NCBI GenBank assembly: GCA_021819085.1
Contig: JAKASJ010000003.1
Location: forward strand, 35,272-99,271
Length of the DNA: 64,000 nt
From: Pseudomonadota bacterium
GTDB taxonomy: Bacteria; Pseudomonadota; Gammaproteobacteria; Acidiferrobacterales; UBA6901
Reading direction: 5' to 3'
The notes beneath the pieces are model-generated. The model worked only from the letters and a program-made list of their open reading frames with translations. It ran no database searches and was not told where the DNA came from. The translations under genes and the position numbers were made by a program. Shown one piece after another: positions 56,387 through 64,000 of this stretch; position 1 is the stretch's first letter; every line of letters starts with the position of its first letter.

Positions 56387-56752
56387 TTGAACATTAAGGT
56401 GATGATCATAGACGACAGCAACACCATACGTCGTACCGCCGAGGCGTTGCTGAAAAAGGCTGGCTATGAGGTGTATACCGCGTCGGATGGCTTTGAGGCG
56501 ATGTCAATGATTACCGATCACCGGCCCGACATCATTTTTGTCGACATCATGATGCCGCGGCTGGACGGGTATCAGACCTGTCAGCTGATCAAGAACAACA
56601 AGAAATTCAAGGACACGCCGGTCATCATGCTATCGAGCCGTGACGGACTTTTCGATCGTGCGCGCGGGCGGATAGCGGGTTCGCAGGAGCACATCAACAA
56701 GCCGTTCACGCAGGAAGAGCTTATTGAGGTGATCAACAAGTACGTTCACTAG
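56387..56752 (+). CDS. pilG: PilG, CheY-like response regulator of the Pil-Chp system
   Basis: TTG start 8 nt after GGAG. Sequence MNIKVMIIDDSNTIRRTAEALLKKAGYEV...DIMMPRLDGYQTC..INKPF. Confidence 0.9.
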   Translation: MNIKVMIIDDSNTIRRTAEALLKKAGYEVYTASDGFEAMSMITDHRPDIIFVDIMMPRLDGYQTCQLIKNNKKFKDTPVIMLSSRDGLFDRARGRIAGSQEHINKPFTQEELIEVINKYVH

Positions 56753-56803
56753 CAGGCCGGCGGGAATCTGGGAAACGACATACGCGAAAGAGGTAACTGG
56801 GAA

Positions 56804-57166
56804 ATGGCGATTAAGAAAGTTCTGGTGGTGGATGATTCGCCTACTGAGGTGCATCTGTTGCGCCAAATGCTGTCGAAAAACGGTTTTGCGGTCTCCTCCG
56901 CATCAAGCGGAGAGGAAGCGATAGTCAAGGCCAGGGCCGAGAAACCGGATTTGATTCTGATGGATGTTGTCATGCCCGGCATGAGCGGATTCGAGACCAC
57001 GCGCAGCATTACCAGGGATCCGCAAACCACTGGTATTCCAGTGATCATCTGTACGACCAAGGGTCAGGAAACTGACAAGGCGTGGGGATTGCGTCAGGGG
57101 GCAAAGGACTACATTGTCAAACCAGTCACCGAGGCGGTGCTGATGGAAAAGATCAAGGCGCTTTAA
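56804..57166 (+). CDS. pilH: PilH, CheY-like response regulator
   Basis: 120 aa with KVLVVDDSPTEVHLL...LILMDVVMPGMSGFE..DYIVKPV. Confidence 0.9.
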   Translation: MAIKKVLVVDDSPTEVHLLRQMLSKNGFAVSSASSGEEAIVKARAEKPDLILMDVVMPGMSGFETTRSITRDPQTTGIPVIICTTKGQETDKAWGLRQGAKDYIVKPVTEAVLMEKIKAL

Positions 57167-57709
57167 ATGGCATCACCCATCCAAGATCCGCTGAGCCTGC
57201 TGCACAAGATGCAGCTCGCGAGCCGCATGAGTGCACCAGGTCTGCCGGAACAGGCGCAGACCGTGGAGCTGTGGTCGGGTCTTGGTTTCAGGGTGGCCGA
57301 GATGACGCTAGTTACACCGCTCGATCAGGTGTCGGAAGTGCTGCCTTGTCCGGCCATCACGCTGGTGCCTGGTACGTGCCGGTGGGTGAAGGGCATTGCC
57401 AATGTCCGCGGCAACCTGTTTACGGTCGTCGATCTGCCCGAGTATTTCGGCAAGGATCCGGTGGTGATGGGGGAGCGTGCCAGGTTGCTGATCATGAACG
57501 TTGCAAATCTCAATACTGCGCTGCTCGTTAACGAGGTGCTCGGGTTGAGGCATTTCGACGAGGAGCAGGAGCGCCACGACGTTTCCGGCCTGGATGATCC
57601 GGTGCTTGCGCATGTGCGTGGAGCATTTCTGCGGGATGGCACACTTTGGGGCGTATTCGATATGCATTCGCTTGCCGGGAGCGAAACCTTCAATAATGTG
57701 GCGGCCTAG
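57167..57709 (+). CDS. pilI: PilI, CheW-like coupling protein
   Basis: 180 aa with a CheW domain (VKGIANVRGNLFTVVDLPEYFG). Starts at the base after the pilH stop. Confidence 0.85.
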   Translation: MASPIQDPLSLLHKMQLASRMSAPGLPEQAQTVELWSGLGFRVAEMTLVTPLDQVSEVLPCPAITLVPGTCRWVKGIANVRGNLFTVVDLPEYFGKDPVVMGERARLLIMNVANLNTALLVNEVLGLRHFDEEQERHDVSGLDDPVLAHVRGAFLRDGTLWGVFDMHSLAGSETFNNVAA

Positions 57710-57866
57710 CCGGCAGGTGAGGGACTGCGGCCGGTGTCAGGCTGCCGCAGACAGGGTATAGAGGAAAGCGGTGCGCGGCCGGAACTGCGTCGCATCGAAT
57801 TGGGGCGGGATTTGACATGGCGGAATTCAACTGTACGGGAGTCTCTGTCGAGATGAGGTGCATAGT

Positions 57867-59999
57867 ATGGCTATCGTGAAATTGCCCAAAGTAGGCAGGG
57901 CCAATGCCGGGCAGGTCGACCAGGGCAACGCCGGAGGGCCGCAAGGCCAGGATGCCCCGGATGTAGGCGAGGAGTACATCGAGGTTCAGTCCGGGGGACG
58001 TTCGGGCGCAGGGGTCAGGGATTTTGGCAGACTGGTCACTGGCCTGCCGTTTCTTCTGATCGGCATGGTGCTGTCATTCATCGCCGTGGCTTGGCTGTTC
58101 GCATCCAGCGCTCAGGAGGCGGACCGCGACTCCAAGTATGTCGCCCAATCCAGCGAGCTGCTCATGCTATCGCAACGCATCGCAAAAGATGCACGCGAGT
58201 CTGTGTACGGCCAGGAAGATGCGTTCCCGACGCTCAAGTCGTCACGTGATACGTTTGCGAACATCATCAACAACCTGACCAAGGGCAATTCGAAGCTCGG
58301 TATACCTCCTAGCCCGCCGCAGGTGGCGCCAGCTTTGAGAGCACTCACGGTGAAGTGGGCCAAAACACGCAGAAATGTCGACCAGATTCTCAGCCAGGAG
58401 GACGCGGTGCTGACTCTGCGCGATCACGTTGTCGGAATCAACCAGGCGGTCCCGATGCTTCTGGCGCTCACCGACGAGGTGGCGTCCCAGGCAATCAAGG
58501 ACCACGTCAAGGACAGAGTGGTCTACCTTGCAACGCGGCAGGGGATGCTGAGCGAACGTATTGCCAAGGACGTGAATCTGTTTGCCCAGGGCGGGTCCGA
58601 AGCGGCTGTCGCCGCTGCACAATTCGGGAGAGACACCAAGCTGTTTCGCGATACCGAAGCAAAACTGCACACGGAGCTTCCGGCCAACGTGGATACCAAG
58701 CTGCAGGAAGTGGATGGTGTCTACCAGGCGCTCAACGCACACGTCACCGGCATTCTCGGCATTGCCGCCGAACTGTTTGTTTCGCAACGCGCGAGCCAGG
58801 AAGTGTTCGAGCAGAGCGATCCGCTCCTAAATTCGGCCAAGGAACTGGTTGCCAGCTATACGGCCTTGTCCCAGGAGCGCAAGGCTAGCAGGATCCTGAG
58901 CTATGTCATGGCCGGCGTATCGTTCCTGTTCCTGCTGCTGGTGGGCCGCAAGCTTGTCAACGATCAGCGCGATCGTGCACGGGTGAGCTCCGAACAGAAC
59001 CGTACTACCCAGGACGCCATTCTCAAGCTGCTTGACGAGATGGGCAATCTGGCTGACGGTGACCTGACGATCCAGCCGGAGGTCACCGAGCAGATCACCG
59101 GAGCGATCGCCGACTCCATCAATTTCGCGGTCAAGGAGATGCGCAGCCTGGTCATGCGCATCAAGGCGGCCGCACAGCAGGTGGCGGTGGCGAGCGAGCG
59201 CAGCCGCCAGACCGCAAACGAACTTACGCAGGCGGCAACGCGCCAGGCGGCCCAGATCGCCGAAACGACGGAACGCGTGAAATCGATGGCGAAGTCGATG
59301 CAGGAAATGTCGCTCAGCGCCGAGAAGTCGGCGGAGGTGGCGCAGGGTTCGGTGAATACCGCCAAACGCGGTGCCGAGGCCGTGCAAAACACCATCCACG
59401 GTATGGACGAAATGCGCGAGCAGATCCAGGAAACAGCAAAGCGCATCAAGCGCCTCGGCGAGTCCTCGCAGCAGATCGGCGAAATCGTGGAGCTGATCAA
59501 TGACATCGCCGAGCAAACGAACATCCTGTCGCTTAATGCTGCGATTCAGGCAGCGATGGCCGGGGAGGCCGGACGCGGTTTCGCGGTGGTCGCTGACGAA
59601 GTGCAACGGCTTGCGGAGCGCTCTGGAGAGGCGACCAAGCAGATCGCCGATCTCGTGAAGACCATTCAGGCTGACACGAACGAAGCTGTTGCGTCCATGG
59701 AACAGGCGACTAAGGGGGTGGTCGAGGGTACGCGTCTGGCGGACGCCGCAGGGCAGGCGCTTAGCGAGATCGAGTCCGTGTCGGAGCAGCTCTCGGGACT
59801 GATTGTCGGTATTTCACGCGTCGCTTACCAACAGTCCGAGACAGCCACTGCCGTGTCCCAGAACATGGGCCAGATTCAGGAAGCCACTACGCTTACCTCA
59901 ACGGGCACGCGTCAGACGGCAGAATCCATCGGTAAACTGTCGGACCTGGCGCGTGAGTTGCAGGCCTCGGTGGCCGGCTTCAAGCTGCCGGCCGCGTGA
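57867..59999 (+). CDS. pilJ: PilJ, methyl-accepting chemotaxis protein
   Basis: ATG 57867 lies 6 nt after GAGGTG. Two TM segments, a HAMP domain and the MCP signalling domain ([40 protein letters not shown]). Confidence 0.9.
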   Translation: MAIVKLPKVGRANAGQVDQGNAGGPQGQDAPDVGEEYIEVQSGGRSGAGVRDFGRLVTGLPFLLIGMVLSFIAVAWLFASSAQEADRDSKYVAQSSELLMLSQRIAKDARESVYGQEDAFPTLKSSRDTFANIINNLTKGNSKLGIPPSPPQVAPALRALTVKWAKTRRNVDQILSQEDAVLTLRDHVVGINQAVPMLLALTDEVASQAIKDHVKDRVVYLATRQGMLSERIAKDVNLFAQGGSEAAVAAAQFGRDTKLFRDTEAKLHTELPANVDTKLQEVDGVYQALNAHVTGILGIAAELFVSQRASQEVFEQSDPLLNSAKELVASYTALSQERKASRILSYVMAGVSFLFLLLVGRKLVNDQRDRARVSSEQNRTTQDAILKLLDEMGNLADGDLTIQPEVTEQITGAIADSINFAVKEMRSLVMRIKAAAQQVAVASERSRQTANELTQAATRQAAQIAETTERVKSMAKSMQEMSLSAEKSAEVAQGSVNTAKRGAEAVQNTIHGMDEMREQIQETAKRIKRLGESSQQIGEIVELINDIAEQTNILSLNAAIQAAMAGEAGRGFAVVADEVQRLAERSGEATKQIADLVKTIQADTNEAVASMEQATKGVVEGTRLADAAGQALSEIESVSEQLSGLIVGISRVAYQQSETATAVSQNMGQIQEATTLTSTGTRQTAESIGKLSDLARELQASVAGFKLPAA

Positions 60000-60077
60000 G
60001 GAGTGCAACCGCGAATGCGTCGCCGGCTGTATGCCAACCCCGGGGACCGCAGCGTTTGAGCATGACTTTCTGATCCT

Positions 60078-63000
60078 ATGAGCAGAATCGACCCGGGTAC
60101 TCTCGGTTGGGTCAAGACCGAAATTGACGAAACCCTGAAGCAGGCTCGGCTTGCCTTGGAGACTTTCGCCGAGAATACCTCGGACGCCACAAGCCTTCGG
60201 TTCTGCAACACCTATCTGCACCAGGTTGTCGGCACCCTGCAGATGGTGGAACTCGATGGCGCGGCTATGCTGGCGCGCGAGAATGAGGCTCTGGCTCAGT
60301 CGATCCTCGACGGCAAGGTCGAGGCAAGCGCATCGATTTTCGAGGTTCTCGTGCGCGGAGTCCTTTCCTTGCCGGATTACCTCGCCAGGGTCCAGCACGA
60401 CCAGCCGGATGTGCCACTGCGCCTTCTGCCGATGATCAACGAGCTGCGTACGGCTCGTGGCGAAGGGCCGCTTGCCGAGCTCGATCTGTTTTCTCCAGAC
60501 ATGACAGTACGCCCGCCGGCGCAGCCCGGCGAACGCGTACGGGCAAGCGAGGAGGATTTTCGCGCGTATGCGCGAGCGCAACGGGCCGCGTTTCAAGCGT
60601 CAATGCTTAGCTGGCTGCGGGGGAGCGACGCCGGGACACATCTCTCAAAAATGTCCGAAGTCCTGGAAAGTCTCTGGCACAAAGCCCATCTTGGTTTTAT
60701 CGAACAATTGTTCTGGGTCGCCGGGGGATTTGCAGAGGCGCTTGGTTCGGGTGCCCTGGACATCACGAACGATCGTAAAAAACTTTTCGGCCGACTCGAC
60801 CAGCAGCTTAGGAAGCTCATAGACGGTACCGACAAGACACTGCAGCGCGCCAGCGCGGAAGCGCTCACCAAAGCCATGCTGTTCGAACTTGGCGCTGCGA
60901 AGTCAAATGAAGGCCGCACGGCCGAAATTAAGCGCGCTTTCGATCTTGATGTGCTGTTCGGCGCAACCGCAGGCGCGTCTACTCCATCGTCCGAACTTTA
61001 TGACCTGCCGACGCCCGAGGCACTGCAGGCCATTTCCGAAGCGATCGGCAAAGAGATACAGTCAGCCCAGGAAATGCTGTCAGCGTATTTCGATTCCGGG
61101 GAGGGAAAGGCAAACTCGCTCGGCCCGCTGATAGAGCTGTTGCAGCGGATGTCCGGTACGCTCGGTATGCTAGGTGTCGGGGTTCTCAGGGTTCTGGTCG
61201 ACGAACTGACAAAAGCAGCGCGGGCGCTCGATGCCGGCCGGATCAAACGCTCCGAAGCGACGGCAATGCCAATGGCAGGAGCGCTGTTGCTCGTCGAAAG
61301 CAGTGCCCGTGACTTCCACAGGCTCGGACCGGTATGGACGGAACATGTGGAGGAGGCGATCAGCCGCCTGCGCAATCTGCACACGCCCGGGCAGGAGCTG
61401 CCGGTCGACGGGATCGAGATTTCAGATGCGGGCCTGACTGATGCCGAGTTCAGGCAGCTCCTGCATGTCGTCTCTGGCGAGATACGCGTTAACCTCGGCA
61501 AAGTCGAGGAGATGCTCGAGACCTTCGCGGCAACGCCGGAGCGTCTGGAATTGCTGCATCCAGTTCCGCAGCACCTCAGCCAGATCCAGGGAGCTTTGCA
61601 GATTCTCGGTCAGGATCGAGCTGCCCAGTTGACCGCAGCCGCCGGCCAATATGTCCAGGAGATGCACGCTGGCGCAGTGGCAGAAAATGCCATGCTGGAT
61701 GCGCTGGCCGTAGCGGTCGGCACGATCGGCGCCTACGTTGAAGGACTGGAACGTGGGCGTCCGAATCTTGAAGCGTTGCTGGACGTGGCGTGGCGCGACC
61801 TCGATGCGGCACGAACAGGCAAACGGTTGCAGGCGGGGAGCGCCGGAACACTGGTTGCGGAGGTGGAGAAAGCCCTTGGATCTTGGCTCGCGGATCCGGC
61901 GGAACCCAGGGTCCGGGCCGTCTTGCAGGATAACCTGCGTCAGATTGCCCATATGGCTGGGCGTCGTTCGCAAGACAGAATTGAGCGTCTGTGCACTGAG
62001 ATGGACAGCCTGCTTGGAATCGTCGGCGCAGATCCGGGGCGGTTTTCCGCCGAGATCAGAAAGACGCTCGAGCAGTCGGCACAAATGCTTTCCGGCCTCG
62101 TGCGCCAGCACCTGGGGGCCGATTCCAAGACCGAATCCGAGTCCGGAACGGGAGCCCGCACAGGCCAGAGAGATATTGCGCCCGAACACTCCGGACAGGT
62201 ACCTGTGCAGGTACCGGCACCTGGGCGGTCCACGCCGCAATTGCCTCCTGGCCTGGAAGATCTGGACGAAGAGATTATGCAAATCTTCGTCGAGGATGCG
62301 CGCGAAATCATTCAGGTGATCGACAGAACGCTGCCTGAGTGGCGTGCCAACCCGGACAACCGGGACGTGCTGCTGGAGCTGCGCCGTGCCTTCCATACGC
62401 TCAAGGGCAGCGGTCGCATGGTCGGCGCATCGGTGATCGCGGAGCTCGCATGGGCCGTGGAGAATATGCTCAACCGGGTCCGCGAAGACAAGATCCGGCA
62501 TTCGGATCAGATTTTCGAGCTTCTGTTCGAGGTTCAGAAAACGCTACCGGTCATGGTGGCGCATCTTGAAGGCGGGCCCGCGCCGCAAGCCGATATCGAT
62601 TCCCTGCGTAATCGCGCGGATGCGCTGGCAAGCAACAGTGTCGCTGGCGTGACGGTTACCGCCCCTCCGGCGCCGTTGGCTGGAATCGAGGTCACCGAGG
62701 AGCCGGAGGAGATTTCGCCACCGGTAGCCGTGACTCAGGGGGCCGCTGATGCCGGAGCCCGTGTGGTGCTCGACCCGGTGCTCGTCCAGATTTTCGCCAC
62801 AGAGACCCGCGGCCATCTGGCGACAATTGTGGGCGTTGTCGACGCATCACGCACGTCCGCTTCGGTCATGGTTTCAGAGCCGCTGCTGCGAGCGGCACAC
62901 ACGCTTTCAGGCAGCGCGCGCGCGGTAGGTCTGCGATTCATGTCCGACTGCTGCGCAGAACTGGAAAAGCTGCTGAAGGCATACGAAAACCACCAGCATC

Positions 63001-64000
63001 CGTTAAGTGCCACGACGCTCGGGTTGTTGACGGAATCGGCAGGCGTTGTTTCGGCGCTCGTCGAAGCCCTGAACAACGGTGCGCCTGCGGATGCACTGCA
63101 GCAACGGTTCATCGATCTGACGCGCGCCATCAGTGCGGAAATCCAGCACCTTGCTTCACTTGACGCTGCTGCGCATGAAAGCAGTGCACCGGCGCATTAT
63201 GTGCCCGCAGCAGAGCATGCCGAACCGAAGACTTCGGACCTAGGCAAGGCCGAAACGCCCGGGAAATCCGCTGAATCCATGCCGCCGGTGGCTGAGGAGG
63301 AAGCAGTCGTGGAGCAGACCGATCCGGAGCTGCTCGAGATCTTCCTTGAAGAAGCGGCCGACATCCTGTCTGCCATTGGGGATGCGTTGACGCGCTGGCG
63401 CCAGGACCGTGGCAATGCCGCTGCCGTGCAGGATCTTAAACGTTCGCTGCATACGTTGAAGGGCGGGGCGCGCATGGCAGGGGCCATGACCATGGGTACG
63501 CTGAGTCACAATACTGAAAGTCTGCTCACGGAAGTCGAAGACCGGCGTATTGAGTCAGGGACGGATCTTCTTGACCTCCTGGACGAAGTCCACGATGCAT
63601 TGATTACGATGGTCGATCAGATGCAGAGCCGTCGACCCGTTTCCGGCGTTGCCCAGCTGACAGCCAAAATCATGGCGATGCTCAAGGGTGAAGCTGTGGT
63701 ACGGCCGCAGCAGACAATTGCGGCTCCGCCGCCTGCGATCATCGAAGCGGGGCCGGTGCCCGGACGTGCAGATGACGAGCTGACCATGATCTCCGCGGGG
63801 GTCGCAGGGGCACAGTCTGTCGTGGAACCGGAGCCGGAGCGGCTATCGGTAGCGGAGCAGGTCGTGGCACCGAAGCCGTTAATGATACCGGAACCGCTTG
63901 TAGTGCCGCAGCCGGAACCGGAGGCGGAACCGGAATTCGAAGCACCAGAAGAACTTGTGGCGGAGCCGGCGATGGCCTCGGCCGATGCAATGGCCGTTTC
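60078..64000 (+). CDS. chpA: ChpA, multi-Hpt CheA-type histidine kinase (5' part; continues beyond the window)
   Basis: Starts at ATG 60078 (MSRIDPGTLGWVKTEIDETLKQARLALE). The frame is open to base 64000. Hpt motifs RRAFHTLKGSGRMVGA (about 62390) and KRSLHTLKGGARMAGA (about 63440), with Pro/Glu/Ala-rich linkers near 63700-64000. Confidence 0.9.
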   Translation, partial: MSRIDPGTLGWVKTEIDETLKQARLALETFAENTSDATSLRFCNTYLHQVVGTLQMVELDGAAMLARENEALAQSILDGKVEASASIFEVLVRGVLSLPDYLARVQHDQPDVPLRLLPMINELRTARGEGPLAELDLFSPDMTVRPPAQPGERVRASEEDFRAYARAQRAAFQASMLSWLRGSDAGTHLSKMSEVLESLWHKAHLGFIEQLFWVAGGFAEALGSGALDITNDRKKLFGRLDQQLRKLIDGTDKTLQRASAEALTKAMLFELGAAKSNEGRTAEIKRAFDLDVLFGATAGASTPSSELYDLPTPEALQAISEAIGKEIQSAQEMLSAYFDSGEGKANSLGPLIELLQRMSGTLGMLGVGVLRVLVDELTKAARALDAGRIKRSEATAMPMAGALLLVESSARDFHRLGPVWTEHVEEAISRLRNLHTPGQELPVDGIEISDAGLTDAEFRQLLHVVSGEIRVNLGKVEEMLETFAATPERLELLHPVPQHLSQIQGALQILGQDRAAQLTAAAGQYVQEMHAGAVAENAMLDALAVAVGTIGAYVEGLERGRPNLEALLDVAWRDLDAARTGKRLQAGSAGTLVAEVEKALGSWLADPAEPRVRAVLQDNLRQIAHMAGRRSQDRIERLCTEMDSLLGIVGADPGRFSAEIRKTLEQSAQMLSGLVRQHLGADSKTESESGTGARTGQRDIAPEHSGQVPVQVPAPGRSTPQLPPGLEDLDEEIMQIFVEDAREIIQVIDRTLPEWRANPDNRDVLLELRRAFHTLKGSGRMVGASVIAELAWAVENMLNRVREDKIRHSDQIFELLFEVQKTLPVMVAHLEGGPAPQADIDSLRNRADALASNSVAGVTVTAPPAPLAGIEVTEEPEEISPPVAVTQGAADAGARVVLDPVLVQIFATETRGHLATIVGVVDASRTSASVMVSEPLLRAAHTLSGSARAVGLRFMSDCCAELEKLLKAYENHQHPLSATTLGLLTESAGVVSALVEALNNGAPADALQQRFIDLTRAISAEIQHLASLDAAAHESSAPAHYVPAAEHAEPKTSDLGKAETPGKSAESMPPVAEEEAVVEQTDPELLEIFLEEAADILSAIGDALTRWRQDRGNAAAVQDLKRSLHTLKGGARMAGAMTMGTLSHNTESLLTEVEDRRIESGTDLLDLLDEVHDALITMVDQMQSRRPVSGVAQLTAKIMAMLKGEAVVRPQQTIAAPPPAIIEAGPVPGRADDELTMISAGVAGAQSVVEPEPERLSVAEQVVAPKPLMIPEPLVVPQPEPEAEPEFEAPEELVAEPAMASADAMAV

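Noticed and set aside
61422-62501. 359-aa minus-strand ORF inside chpA
   Set aside because: It is an antisense shadow. The + frame is open from 60078 to the end of the window and contains Hpt motifs.
1-64000. Search for CRISPR arrays, tRNA/rRNA genes, integrases or phage genes
   Set aside because: By eye I found no regularly spaced direct repeats, no tRNA cloverleaf-like GC-rich 75-nt blocks in the intergenic regions, and no integrase or phage-like ORFs. The only mobile elements seen are the intein and the IS110-family element.

Overview
This is a 64-kb chromosomal segment of a roughly 60% GC, sulfur-oxidising proteobacterium. I saw no rRNA, tRNA or CRISPR array.

Content from left to right:
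- A 26-codon lysine-rich micro-ORF.
- A split B12-dependent ribonucleotide reductase behind an NrdR box: nrdJa, which carries a 440-aa LAGLIDADG intein, and nrdJb.
- A tightly packed minus-strand chain, archease-rtcB-pncA-pncB-polX.
- An orphan CbbQ/NorQ AAA+ plus CbbO/NorD VWA pair.
- A sulfur island of about 19 kb for the reverse APS pathway. It holds qmoA-qmoB-hdrC-hdrB (no membrane QmoC or AprM in the window), a small acidic ORF, tusA, TetR, FNR, a YkgJ-type Cys-cluster protein, sat-aprB-aprA, periplasmic DsrE-like and DsbG-like proteins, moaDE and a TauE/SafE exporter. These genes are separated by unusually long non-coding spacers.
- Housekeeping genes (pyrE, xthA, grxC, ampG, proC, pyrR-pyrB-pyrC', ruvX, gshA/gshB), a dynamin-like GTPase and pilT/pilU.
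- An IS110-family insertion sequence, then the pilG-pilH-pilI-pilJ-chpA chemosensory cluster. chpA runs off the window.

The gene order of the right half mirrors the Pseudomonas region pilT/pilU, pyrR-pyrB-pyrC', gshB, pilGHIJ-chpA.

The most interesting observations are:
- the soluble QmoAB-HdrCB, AprBA, TusA and YkgJ arrangement
- the RNA-repair, NAD-salvage and PolX operon
- the intein in an already split RNR
- the basic micro-ORF
- several unexplained non-coding stretches
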